The translations under genes were made by a program, and so were the position numbers. A DNA stretch of 54,756 nt, taken from the IMG/VR virus record IMGVR_UViG_3300005588_000719, positions 1-54,756 of that record; one strand, 5' to 3'. Under the pieces are notes generated by a model that saw only the letters and a program-made list of their open reading frames with translations, was not told the DNA's origin and made no database searches. Shown here in pieces: positions 46,314-54,756 of this stretch. The stretch comes from a virus. Taxonomy: Duplodnaviria > Caudoviricetes. How positions within the stretch are numbered: position 1 is the stretch's first letter; every line of letters starts with the position of its first letter.

Positions 46314-47213
46314 TTGTCAGTAAAAAATCTACAATATGATGGAAAAAATAAAAGCGAATTTTATCGTATTAGGGATTCTATTCATAATTTTATAGATATT
46401 ATACTTGACAATTACTGGGATTTTTTATTTTGGATAACTACAATAGTGTTTGGTCTTATAATGGGAGATATACTTATTTTAACTTATGAATGTGAAGACT
46501 ATAAACATGCATCTCTTTTAGTAATTTTTTTAAGTTCTGCTTTTTTAAAATTTAAGCAATATAATAAAAATAAAAGCTTGCGTGAAATACAAGAAGAGAA
46601 TAATGAATTGAATAATGAAATTAATGATTTATCCTATTATAATTATAATTTAATGTTTGAGAATTGGAATGTCTTAAAAACATTGTGCAATGAGAAATTA
46701 AAAAAACTAGTTAATGATTTAAATTATGAGTCTGAGGTAAGAGCAAGTTTATATCTTTATGACGATACAGTTAAAGCATTCCATACACCTGGTCGATATG
46801 CACAAGATCCAGAATTAAATAAACAAGGTAGGTTTCTATATCCCTCTGATGTAGGAATTATTGGAGTTGCTTGGAAAAATAAGGATAACGAATATGAGGA
46901 AAACTTTTCTAACCATAATTATGGGACTAAGCAGTACCTAAAAATTTTAGAGATGAAATATAATTTAAATGTTGAAGATATCAAGGAATTCAGAATGGAG
47001 AGCGTGCATTTCATAACTATAAAAATAAAAAATAATGGTTATAATATTGGGATCATATTATTTGAAAGTGAAAAATCAGGAATAATGCAATTAGATAAAG
47101 TGGAAACTGAATTAGAAAAAGAGAAAAATAATTTATCATTAATATTGTCAATATTAAAAAATAATAGTTCATTTGTGAACACAAATCATAGAGTTATATA
47201 TGAAAAATCTTGA
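46314..47213 (+). CDS. 2-TM membrane protein with a coiled coil and a GAF-like C-terminal domain
   Basis: Two TM segments; VRASLY, GIIGVAW and IGIILFES. Confidence 0.6.
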   Translation: MSVKNLQYDGKNKSEFYRIRDSIHNFIDIILDNYWDFLFWITTIVFGLIMGDILILTYECEDYKHASLLVIFLSSAFLKFKQYNKNKSLREIQEENNELNNEINDLSYYNYNLMFENWNVLKTLCNEKLKKLVNDLNYESEVRASLYLYDDTVKAFHTPGRYAQDPELNKQGRFLYPSDVGIIGVAWKNKDNEYEENFSNHNYGTKQYLKILEMKYNLNVEDIKEFRMESVHFITIKIKNNGYNIGIILFESEKSGIMQLDKVETELEKEKNNLSLILSILKNNSSFVNTNHRVIYEKS

Positions 47214-47697
47214 AAAAACATTGTTAGCATTTTGTCAGTTATTTCCTAACAAACACCTACTGTCTAAAGCAAGATTAACTAAAATGGTTTACCTTGCAGA
47301 TTGGGAATATGCTAAAAAATATAAAAAACAAATTACAGATATACAGTGGTATTTTCATAACTATGGTCCTTTCGTTGATGATGTGTTTGAAGCGGCTTTA
47401 AATTCAAGTTACTTAAATATTATTAATTCAATTAATATGTATGGGGACGAAAAAACTATTATTAATCTTAGCGGTAAACCTTTTAATATACAAATTGAAG
47501 ATAACATTTATAATATTATTGAGGATGTTATTTATAGTACAAAAGATTTAAACTGGAATGAATTTATTGGATATGTGTACGATACGTTTCCAATCAAACA
47601 ACAAGATAGATACATTGATTTAGATTTAATTGAGTTAGCTAACCAATATGAAGAAAGTCTTAAAGATAATTATCCTTTAGATTTATTAGGAATATAA
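47200..47697 (+). CDS. Panacea (DUF4065/SocA-like) domain protein
   Basis: RLTKMVYLADW and ITDIQWYFHNYGPF. Confidence 0.85.
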   Translation: MKNLEKTLLAFCQLFPNKHLLSKARLTKMVYLADWEYAKKYKKQITDIQWYFHNYGPFVDDVFEAALNSSYLNIINSINMYGDEKTIINLSGKPFNIQIEDNIYNIIEDVIYSTKDLNWNEFIGYVYDTFPIKQQDRYIDLDLIELANQYEESLKDNYPLDLLGI

Positions 47698-47791
47698 TGA
47701 ATACAAAAAACAATCCCTTCTACCAAAAATGGTGGTTCATTCCAATCTATTTATTATTGGTTGTTGCTATTTATTTTGGAATGGGGTGAGT

Positions 47792-48199
47792 TTATTTGTC
47801 TTCTAAGAATTTTAAAATGTTTTCTTGAGTTATTGGGAAAAGATGTTTTATTATATGAACGACCATGATAGAAGTATGTGTGAATACAGCCGTAAAAAAT
47901 ATATTTATTGTCCATTCTTCAAGCTCAATAATTTTTACCCCCATTAAAATAAGTAATATCATCGAAACCCCTATTTCTCCCCCAAATATCCATAATAATT
48001 TAGAACCATATTTCTTTTTTAATTCATTTTCTAATTTATTCTTATCCTTCCATGCGTATATTATATGATATTGTTTATCTTCTTTAAGCATTTGATTACT
48101 TAAGTCTATTTTATCTTTGGGAGTGAGAGTGACGTCATCATTTTCTGATATATCCGACCATGCGTCAATTTCATTACCAAACATATCTTGCATTTTCAT
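47792..48199 (-). CDS. 2-TM membrane protein, partner of the ImmA-like gene
   Basis: Two C-terminal TM segments ending IIKHLFP. Confidence 0.7.
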   Translation of the reverse strand: MKMQDMFGNEIDAWSDISENDDVTLTPKDKIDLSNQMLKEDKQYHIIYAWKDKNKLENELKKKYGSKLLWIFGGEIGVSMILLILMGVKIIELEEWTINIFFTAVFTHTSIMVVHIIKHLFPITQENILKFLEDK

Positions 48200-48227
48200 A
48201 ATACCAAGACCATTACTATAATATTTA

Positions 48228-48743
48228 TCAATCTGTTTCTATTTGTGAAAGTCTTCTGTTTATAATATCGTCACTTAATTCAAAATGTTTTCCTAATTGA
48301 TTACTACCAAGTAGATTTATTGCTTTTTCGACCAATTCTGATGGAACAAGAAACGCATCAGCGAACATATTTGCTTCTGTTTCTTCTCTATATGTATTAT
48401 AATCGTCCTTTTTCAAACCTCTTAGTAAGTCAACCTCAGAGATTAATTTACTTACTTCTTCTTTATCTTTATTATGCAAATAGTATGTACCTAAAAGATG
48501 TGCTAATATATATCTTTTTTGTTCTAATTCTTCTTTGTCGTTTATGTAAAATGAAACAACTTTATTCTTAATTGATAATCCACCAAAAATGTTTGGCTTA
48601 TTAAATGAAACTAAATATACTTTAAAACCTGATAGCTTTGTCAGCGTCATTGGATTAATTGGGATTTTGAACATATAATTATCTTTAAGTAATTTTTCAG
48701 CTAAAATCTCAATTTCTTCTCTTCTTTGTTCTAATTCACTCAT
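48228..48743 (-). CDS. ImmA/IrrE (DUF955)-like protein with a degenerate HEXXH motif
   Basis: IPINP, RYILAHLLGTYYLH and ETEANMFADAFLVP. Confidence 0.82.
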   Translation of the reverse strand: MSELEQRREEIEILAEKLLKDNYMFKIPINPMTLTKLSGFKVYLVSFNKPNIFGGLSIKNKVVSFYINDKEELEQKRYILAHLLGTYYLHNKDKEEVSKLISEVDLLRGLKKDDYNTYREETEANMFADAFLVPSELVEKAINLLGSNQLGKHFELSDDIINRRLSQIETD

Positions 48744-49116
48744 AATATTTTTTTCCTTTTGAGGCTCTTAAAAAAAACGGACTATACAAAATATTTTCTT
48801 ATTTCTAAGCATTCCGTTATAAACTTTTTTTTAACATTCACATAATACTTCCAAACAAAAATAGAAAATAATTCAATAACACGACTATTCTTTTTCTAAA
48901 TAATTATCACTGGGAACGATATAGTGCGATTTATGACAAGGTTTCTCTATATTCATCGACACTTTTATTATAAACTTATTGCAATATTTTTCAACAGAAT
49001 TGTTTAAATATTGTTGAAAATAATTTGTATATTGGAATTCTGATTTGTCAAGAAAATTATTTAATTAAAGTTTTGAAAGAATAATAAAATATATTTGTTT
49101 AATTTTTATAGGTATT

Positions 49117-49611
49117 ATGATGAGAGATGCACAGGAAAAATACAAAATTTTATTTATCTTAGCATTGTTCTTTGGAATAATTGGTGCGGATAAATTTTAC
49201 ACTGGTAAATATTTAATAGGAATATTGAAACTTATTACATTAGGCGGATATGGTATTTGGTGGCTAATTGACATTATATTGATTAGTAATAATAAAGAGA
49301 AATGGCTGGATTATTTTTGTTCTTTAGGTCATCCTTATAAAAATCCAACAAGAGAAGAGCAAAGAAGATTACAATTAATGGAAAAATATAAAGACGAAGA
49401 CTTGGTTAATAAAATAATTGCTGGTACTATATCACAAGGGTATTCTTCTGAAATGCTGATAGATACCTTGGGTAAGCCAGTTAAAATTGATGAAAAAGTA
49501 ACTAAGAAAAAAACAACCCATACATATAAGTATGGTCAAATTAATAACAGGTCTTTTAAATTAGCTGTGACCTTAGAAGATGATATAGTCGTAGGTTGGG
49601 ACCAAAAATGA
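49117..49611 (+). CDS. TM2 domain protein
   Basis: GIIGADKFYTG and GILKLITLGGYGIWWLIDII. Confidence 0.85.
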   Translation: MMRDAQEKYKILFILALFFGIIGADKFYTGKYLIGILKLITLGGYGIWWLIDIILISNNKEKWLDYFCSLGHPYKNPTREEQRRLQLMEKYKDEDLVNKIIAGTISQGYSSEMLIDTLGKPVKIDEKVTKKKTTHTYKYGQINNRSFKLAVTLEDDIVVGWDQK

Positions 49612-50462
49612 AAAACCTAATCTCAATTACTATAATAATATTTTCTCTTATTTCTTGCAGTAGCTCTACATCAAACGAAAAGAAAGCCACGCCAATATTA
49701 AAAACTGATACTCTTTCAATAGCTTCATTTAATATTGAAATATTCGGTCAATCCAAAATGGGAAAACCTGAAGCAATGGCTCATATAGTAGATATTTGCA
49801 ATGATTATGATATAGTCGGAATACAAGAAATCCGAAGCAAAGAACAAAATGTAATCCCTACATTAATTGAACTATTAGAACAAGACGGTTCAAATTGGGA
49901 TTTTGTAATTTCTACTCGATTAGGACGGACTTCTTCAAAAGAACAATATGCTTTCGTATATAGAGAAAACATTGTAACATTAGTTGATACTGTTCAATAT
50001 GTTGAAACTGGTGGAGACTCCCTACACAGAGAACCATTTGTTGCTACTTTCCGAAGTTCAGGAAATCACGATATTGTACTTGGTCTTATTCACACAGACC
50101 CAGACGAAATAGATATTGAAATTCCAAAACTAAGTAGAGTATTTGACGAATTAACTTATCACATGGAAATGTCATATTACTTTGACTTTTTCCTGATGGG
50201 AGACTTTAACGCAAGTCCTGACTTCATGGACGATTGGTTTACAACTCAATCATTCGGTATTGCTGAAGGTGTTTTTACCAATGTTGCCGATAATAAAACT
50301 TATGATAATATTATTTATAATAACAATATCAATATTTTAAATTCAGGAGTGTTTAATTTCAAAACCGAATACAACTTATCCAGAGAAGAAGCTGAGGAAG
50401 TTAGCGACCATTATCCAGTTTGGTTTCAGATTGAAGTTGTAAATCAAATTCTTGATGACTAA
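49608..50462 (+). CDS. DNase I-like (EEP family) nuclease lipoprotein
   Basis: Lipobox FSLIS-C; SFNI, IQEIR, RLGRTSSKEQY, REPF, GDFNA, YDNI and SDHYPV. Confidence 0.9.
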   Translation: MKNLISITIIIFSLISCSSSTSNEKKATPILKTDTLSIASFNIEIFGQSKMGKPEAMAHIVDICNDYDIVGIQEIRSKEQNVIPTLIELLEQDGSNWDFVISTRLGRTSSKEQYAFVYRENIVTLVDTVQYVETGGDSLHREPFVATFRSSGNHDIVLGLIHTDPDEIDIEIPKLSRVFDELTYHMEMSYYFDFFLMGDFNASPDFMDDWFTTQSFGIAEGVFTNVADNKTYDNIIYNNNINILNSGVFNFKTEYNLSREEAEEVSDHYPVWFQIEVVNQILDD

Positions 50463-50510
50463 TTGAATATTAAATATTAATTCTTAAAATTATAGAAGAA
50501 ACTTATAATA

Positions 50511-51899
50511 CTAATTTGAGATTAGCTCTCCATTTTGAATAACGTACTTTATGTCTAGGGTATTTTTAATATTCAATAATGGGTTTGAATTTAGAATTAT
50601 AAGATCAGCAATTTTTAATTCCTCAACAGATCCTCTTTCGTTTTCTTCATTCAATGCTAATGCACCGTTATATGTGGCAATTTTGATTACTTCATTTTCT
50701 GAAATGCCTGCTTCGACTAATAACTGCATCTCTTGATGTATGGAATATCCTGGAATCACCCAAGGGTTTGGAGTATCACTTCCTGTTGTTAATATTATTT
50801 TATTATCATAAATCTTTTTACAAAGGGCTAATAATTTCGACCATAAAGTTTGAGCCAAAATAAAATCATTGCTATCCCAATCTTTTACATATGAACCAGT
50901 TTCCCACATATTTACTATCACAGGATGCATTAATCTAATCAAATTATTATGAATATGTAATTTGTTATTACCCCAGAACTTAGTGTGAAATACAATAAGA
51001 GTTGGATCAAATATCACTTTACTTTTACGCATACTATATATCATATTATTAATGAGCTTACCATCTAAATCAATATTTTCTAACCAGTAAAGTCTTCCTT
51101 TCATACTAGGATTATAATTTTGTTGATATTCCTTACTTAAATGATTTACATTCCAATCAGCTGCATGTGTTATAAAATCTATACCCAATTTACTAGCCTC
51201 AGTCCAACTTGTATTTTGAAGATGTCCAATAACTTTAACATTGTGCATATGAGCCTCATCAATTGCTATCTTAATTTGTTTGGGATTTAATGAAGAATAA
51301 ACCTTAATAAAATCAACTCCAGAATTTATTTGTTTCTTTATCTCTTTACGTATTTCGCCTTCTGTACTTGTCTTTATAAAAGGACCACCTGAAAATGTAT
51401 TTAATGCGTAACCTGTACAGAATATTCTTGGTGAAATTATTTTGGAGTTTTTCTTAATTGTTTCTCTTAACTTTATTGACTCAATTGTAGGTCCTGCTAC
51501 ACTTCTTATAGTAGTAACTCCATATTTAATAAAATATTTTAGAGAATGAAAGCTTGCTTCAAAATTGACTTCATCACTATGTCCATTTATTGAATCATAA
51601 TTTAATATAGTTGCATGAGTATGAGTATCATATAAACCTGGAATTACAAATTTGTTAGTACAATCTATTATTTTTGATTTATAATCAAATGAAGAATTAT
51701 CGTTTTCAATTATTTTAAATATTTTATTATTTTGGATAATAATTGATTTATTACTTTGAATAGGTGTACCTTTTCCATCTATAATAGATATATTTTTAAG
51801 TTGTAAATATTCCTTTTCAATATTTTCTTCTTTTATTTCTTTAGTAGAGCATGATAAAGTAAAATATACAATAACAAATATTAGTTTTTTTATTTTCAT
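50511..51899 (-). CDS. Amidohydrolase family lipoprotein
   Basis: Lipobox TLS-C; IPGLYDTHTH, GVTTIR, VIGH, GSD and ADLIILNSNPL. Confidence 0.9.
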   Translation of the reverse strand: MKIKKLIFVIVYFTLSCSTKEIKEENIEKEYLQLKNISIIDGKGTPIQSNKSIIIQNNKIFKIIENDNSSFDYKSKIIDCTNKFVIPGLYDTHTHATILNYDSINGHSDEVNFEASFHSLKYFIKYGVTTIRSVAGPTIESIKLRETIKKNSKIISPRIFCTGYALNTFSGGPFIKTSTEGEIRKEIKKQINSGVDFIKVYSSLNPKQIKIAIDEAHMHNVKVIGHLQNTSWTEASKLGIDFITHAADWNVNHLSKEYQQNYNPSMKGRLYWLENIDLDGKLINNMIYSMRKSKVIFDPTLIVFHTKFWGNNKLHIHNNLIRLMHPVIVNMWETGSYVKDWDSNDFILAQTLWSKLLALCKKIYDNKIILTTGSDTPNPWVIPGYSIHQEMQLLVEAGISENEVIKIATYNGALALNEENERGSVEELKIADLIILNSNPLLNIKNTLDIKYVIQNGELISN

Positions 51900-51979
51900 T
51901 AACTTCTTTTATTCCATATATATTTTAAAATCAACTATATTAACTAGAGCTTTATGTGTTACCTTCCAATCATTAAATA

Positions 51980-52207
51980 TCATTCACCTTTTTCAACAAA
52001 CCTACTTTTAAAATAATACAGCCTACCATCTTCCCAAATATAATCTACATTTTCTTTTAAGGTGGGTTTGACTTTATATACTTTTATAGTACCATCTTTA
52101 GCTTTTTTTTTGCTTACAGTTTCGTTTCTACGTCCTAAAAGGGCTTGCCTTGTAACTCCTAACAACTCTGCAAGTTCTTTTTCTGTTATCAAATCTTCCC
52201 TATTCAT
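51980..52207 (-). CDS. HTH DNA-binding protein (start revised to MNREDL)
   Basis: LITEKELAELLGVTRQAL; paralog of 52627-52869. Confidence 0.75.
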   Translation of the reverse strand: MNREDLITEKELAELLGVTRQALLGRRNETVSKKKAKDGTIKVYKVKPTLKENVDYIWEDGRLYYFKSRFVEKGE

Positions 52208-52550
52208 AATCATCCTCAAAATCGTCATCAAATTCATCATATAGGTCTTCTAAATGTTCATAGTAGGCATCTCCTATCTCACTCATTATCTTAGCCATTT
52301 TATCTGCGAAACTTTGAGACAATTCTACCTTTTCCCAAAATTCATAAACAGAAATTAAATATTCAACACCTTCAAATGAATTTGTCAATGAATGGAATTG
52401 TGTTGAATTTTGATTATTCCTTAACTCCTCTGCCAATTCTTCTGTATATTCATTTACAACCGCAATAAAACGTGGGGACTGAGTATGAATAATGTAATCG
52501 TCTTCAATAGCTTCCGGGTCTATGGAAAATAAATATTTTGGTACACTCAT
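52200..52550 (-). CDS. Acidic hypothetical protein
   Basis: 116 aa; YIIHTQSPRF motif. Confidence 0.65.
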   Translation of the reverse strand: MSVPKYLFSIDPEAIEDDYIIHTQSPRFIAVVNEYTEELAEELRNNQNSTQFHSLTNSFEGVEYLISVYEFWEKVELSQSFADKMAKIMSEIGDAYYEHLEDLYDEFDDDFEDDYE

Positions 52551-52626
52551 TTTATTTATAGTTTAAATTAATAAAATTTACTTATTGACAAATATACTAA
52601 ATGTTTCACAAATAGAAATACTCCTT

Positions 52627-52869
52627 CTATTTTTCTTCATAGTCTTTTAAAGTTTTCAATGCTTGCTCTTTGTAATAACACACTCTTCGCTTATCCCAAA
52701 TATAGTCTATATTTTTCTTGAATATTGGCTGATAGATATATTCTTTAATTGTTCCATCTTTCATTTTCTTTTTAGCTTTACGTTCTTTTCTATACATAGT
52801 TAATAGAGTTACTGATTTTCCAGTTAGAGCTGATAACTCTGATTCTGTAATTAATTCTTTTTCTTTCAT
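52627..52869 (-). CDS. HTH DNA-binding protein (start revised to MKEKEL)
   Basis: LITESELSALTGKS, KKKMKDGTIK and DYIW. Confidence 0.72.
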   Translation of the reverse strand: MKEKELITESELSALTGKSVTLLTMYRKERKAKKKMKDGTIKEYIYQPIFKKNIDYIWDKRRVCYYKEQALKTLKDYEEK

Positions 52870-52874
52870 TTTTA

Positions 52875-53489
52875 TTAATCCCATATCGTAAACATTGAAC
52901 ATTTATTTTCTAATATCTTTAAATTCATAGGTAGAGATTTCAGGTTATTATTAACTATATCAAGTATTTTAAAATTATCTAAGTTTACAATGCTCTCAGG
53001 TATCACTTCTAAATTATTATTTTCTGCTGTAATCATCTCAAGTTTTTTCATTTCTCCTATATCAATAGGAAGCTCCATAATATGATTATCATTAATAACT
53101 AATTCTTCTAAATTCTTTAACTTAGTAATACTATTTGGCAAACTAAATAATTCATTATTGGCAATATTCAATACTACTAAGTTATACAAATCTCCAATGT
53201 TTTCTGGTAAACTTATCAACTTATTATTGTTTATTCCCAATATTTCAAGGTTTGCTAATTTACATATACTATCTGGAAGTTTAGTTAGCATAGTCCCACC
53301 AATATACATTTTTTTTAGATTTGTTAAATCACCAATATTTTCAGGGAGTGATGTTATGTAATTATTTCTTATATCTAATCTTCTTAATAGTTTTAATTCA
53401 CTCAAACTAATCCCTACTAATTCAGCTAAATCTTGAAGAGTTTTTAATTCACTTGTTTTTGTTTCCATTATTAATTCTTTTTCTCTCAT
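52875..53489 (-). CDS. Leucine-rich repeat protein
   Basis: About seven 23-aa LxxLxIxxNxLxxLPxxI repeats. Confidence 0.95.
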   Translation of the reverse strand: MREKELIMETKTSELKTLQDLAELVGISLSELKLLRRLDIRNNYITSLPENIGDLTNLKKMYIGGTMLTKLPDSICKLANLEILGINNNKLISLPENIGDLYNLVVLNIANNELFSLPNSITKLKNLEELVINDNHIMELPIDIGEMKKLEMITAENNNLEVIPESIVNLDNFKILDIVNNNLKSLPMNLKILENKCSMFTIWD

Positions 53490-53491
53490 TA

Positions 53492-54007
53492 TTAGTTCTC
53501 CGAAATTTTATTTAATGCCTCTATTAAAAAAGGTATGTCTTCCTTGTTTATCCATGCAGTTTCTTTTGGGTTTGATTGAATTGATAATTCATCATTATAG
53601 GGTGTCACTATTAATCTACTTTTTCTAAATACTGCATTAGTCGTTTTAGAAATATCTTCTTTCAATTTAAAGTCTTTTATATTATTTCCAATGAAATACC
53701 ATTTATAGAAGTTTGTATCAAAATAATCAATTTCAGCACGGCTATTATCATAATGATATAAATTTAAAAAATCATCCACAGCTTTAAAAACTTCTAATCC
53801 CTTTTCTGTTAGTTTTTTATTATTCCGTAAAGAACCAATACTACAAAAAGTATCACCATTCACTACTGGGTTAAATGGTGCTTCCATTAACGAAACATCA
53901 ATTTCTCCTCTTGAAGACCGTATAGAAAATTTACAATCTTTAAATTTATTTTTTAATTCTTTTCTAAGCTCTTTTGCTATTTCTGTTGTTGATGAATATT
54001 TATCCAT
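53492..54007 (-). CDS. LPD29-like (large polyvalent protein-associated) domain protein
   Basis: IAKELRKELKNKFKDCKFSIRS and YDNSRAEIDYFDTNFY. Confidence 0.7.
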   Translation of the reverse strand: MDKYSSTTEIAKELRKELKNKFKDCKFSIRSSRGEIDVSLMEAPFNPVVNGDTFCSIGSLRNNKKLTEKGLEVFKAVDDFLNLYHYDNSRAEIDYFDTNFYKWYFIGNNIKDFKLKEDISKTTNAVFRKSRLIVTPYNDELSIQSNPKETAWINKEDIPFLIEALNKISEN

Positions 54008-54055
54008 TATAATAATCCTTTTTTAAATATTTATTTTGTCTTAATTTCTATTTAT

Positions 54056-54084
54056 AATATAATAAATTGTTTTTATATATGCAA
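54056..54084 (-). promoter_or_regulatory. Promoter for the LPD29-LRR-HTH unit
   Basis: TTGCAT-17 nt-TATATT. Confidence 0.65.
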
Positions 54085-54108
54085 GAGAAATTTATATTTC
54101 TTGAATTT

Positions 54109-54756
54109 TTAACTAATTAACTTATCTACTTCTTTTCTCAAGTATTTAGGCATTCTTTTATATTCTTCTTCTCCGAACAAACCTGTATATCCAAATTTGT
54201 CATGATACTCATTGTAACTTGCACATGAAATCGACTTTTTCCCACTCACTTCGCAAGTAGTTATTGCGAATAATCCTTTTGAGAATGTATTTAATACTTC
54301 TTTATATTTTCTTGCACCAAAATATTCACAACCGAAATGAGTTTTTAAACCTTTATAATCTTTTTTGCTGAGTAATAATTTTAAATTTTTAATGTTTAAA
54401 AGATGGTTTTTAAGCATTCTTTTGCATTTTTCGAAATCACTTTTTATAACGTGCTTAGGCTTTGTTTCTGCGTTCATAAATCCTTGCATGAATTTATAAG
54501 TTTTTGAAGCCTTGTCGTACTTCGCCATTATCCAGTCATATTTATTTGCAATTTGTTCATCTATCCTACAATGAAGCTCTCCTTGGCTTTCAAAATTCCA
54601 ATGATTAGCAACTCTAATAGTATTTGGCTTTGTATATTCCCAAGTTTTATCAGAGTTATTATAATAAGAGCAAGAATAAGGAGATTTGTATTTAATATTT
54701 TTTCTTTTCATTATATCAAATAGTTCGTCTGGAATTGTTCGGTAAGCGTTGCTCAT
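54109..54756 (-). CDS. Hypothetical protein (5' end may extend beyond the window)
   Basis: Basic ORF with KSPYS and IRVANHWNF; ATG at the last base of the window. Confidence 0.65.
   Translation of the reverse strand: MSNAYRTIPDELFDIMKRKNIKYKSPYSCSYYNNSDKTWEYTKPNTIRVANHWNFESQGELHCRIDEQIANKYDWIMAKYDKASKTYKFMQGFMNAETKPKHVIKSDFEKCKRMLKNHLLNIKNLKLLLSKKDYKGLKTHFGCEYFGARKYKEVLNTFSKGLFAITTCEVSGKKSISCASYNEYHDKFGYTGLFGEEEYKRMPKYLRKEVDKLIS

Larger units (their letters stand above)
1..54756. mobile_element. Temperate tailed phage or prophage (partial): Mu-like head genes, siphovirus-type tail, lambdoid replication and immunity region
   Basis: Terminase, portal, capsid, tape measure, CI-like repressor, DnaB, Sak4 and RusA in operon-like blocks; no host housekeeping genes seen. 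Confidence 0.95.

Noticed and set aside
48985-49022. TTTTCAACA/TGTTGAAAA inverted repeat between divergent genes
   Set aside because: Short and AT-rich; could be an operator but cannot be told from chance here
1-54756. Stop-codon reassignment, DGR/retron, or Mu-type transposition
   Set aside because: Genes are full length in the standard code with TAA, TAG and TGA all used as stops; no reverse transcriptase, TR/VR pair or transposase motif was seen in the window

Overview
The whole 54.8 kb window is an AT-rich temperate phage or prophage. It is cut inside the tape-measure gene at the left edge, and no integrase or transposase lies in the window. Promoters of the TTTG-N19/20-TAnnTTTG type point to a Bacteroidota/FCB-group host (inference). 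Layout: (1) a leftward virion arm, 1-20873, with Mu-like protease/scaffold, capsid, DUF2190, gp36/gp37-like genes, fibre-like genes, an embedded lysis cassette, tail genes, a G/GT -1 frameshift chaperone and the tape measure; (2) a divergent rightward packaging arm, 21148-28305, running non-canonical tRNA-Gly, ParB-like, Dam-like/GNAT-like fusion, terS, terL, DUF935 portal, Mu-F; (3) a leftward lambdoid early/replication arm, 28550-42397, with RusA, DnaB, an initiator carrying iterons, an SF2 helicase, a nuclease-SMC fusion, Sak4 and two unannotated ribbon-helix-helix genes; (4) a CI-like repressor and an accessory region, 42529-54756. The best candidate for an undescribed system is the tRNA-Gly(TCC): it keeps all GlyRS identity elements but breaks translation-conserved positions, and lies 21 nt upstream of the ParB + methyltransferase/GNAT DNA-modification operon, suggesting a dedicated glycyl donor for DNA hypermodification. 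Also notable are four tandem promoter-hairpin small-RNA units antisense to the early operon, an anticodon-less tRNA-like element, and an overprinted membrane-protein/endolysin pair. All family assignments come from reading motifs by eye; no searches were run.
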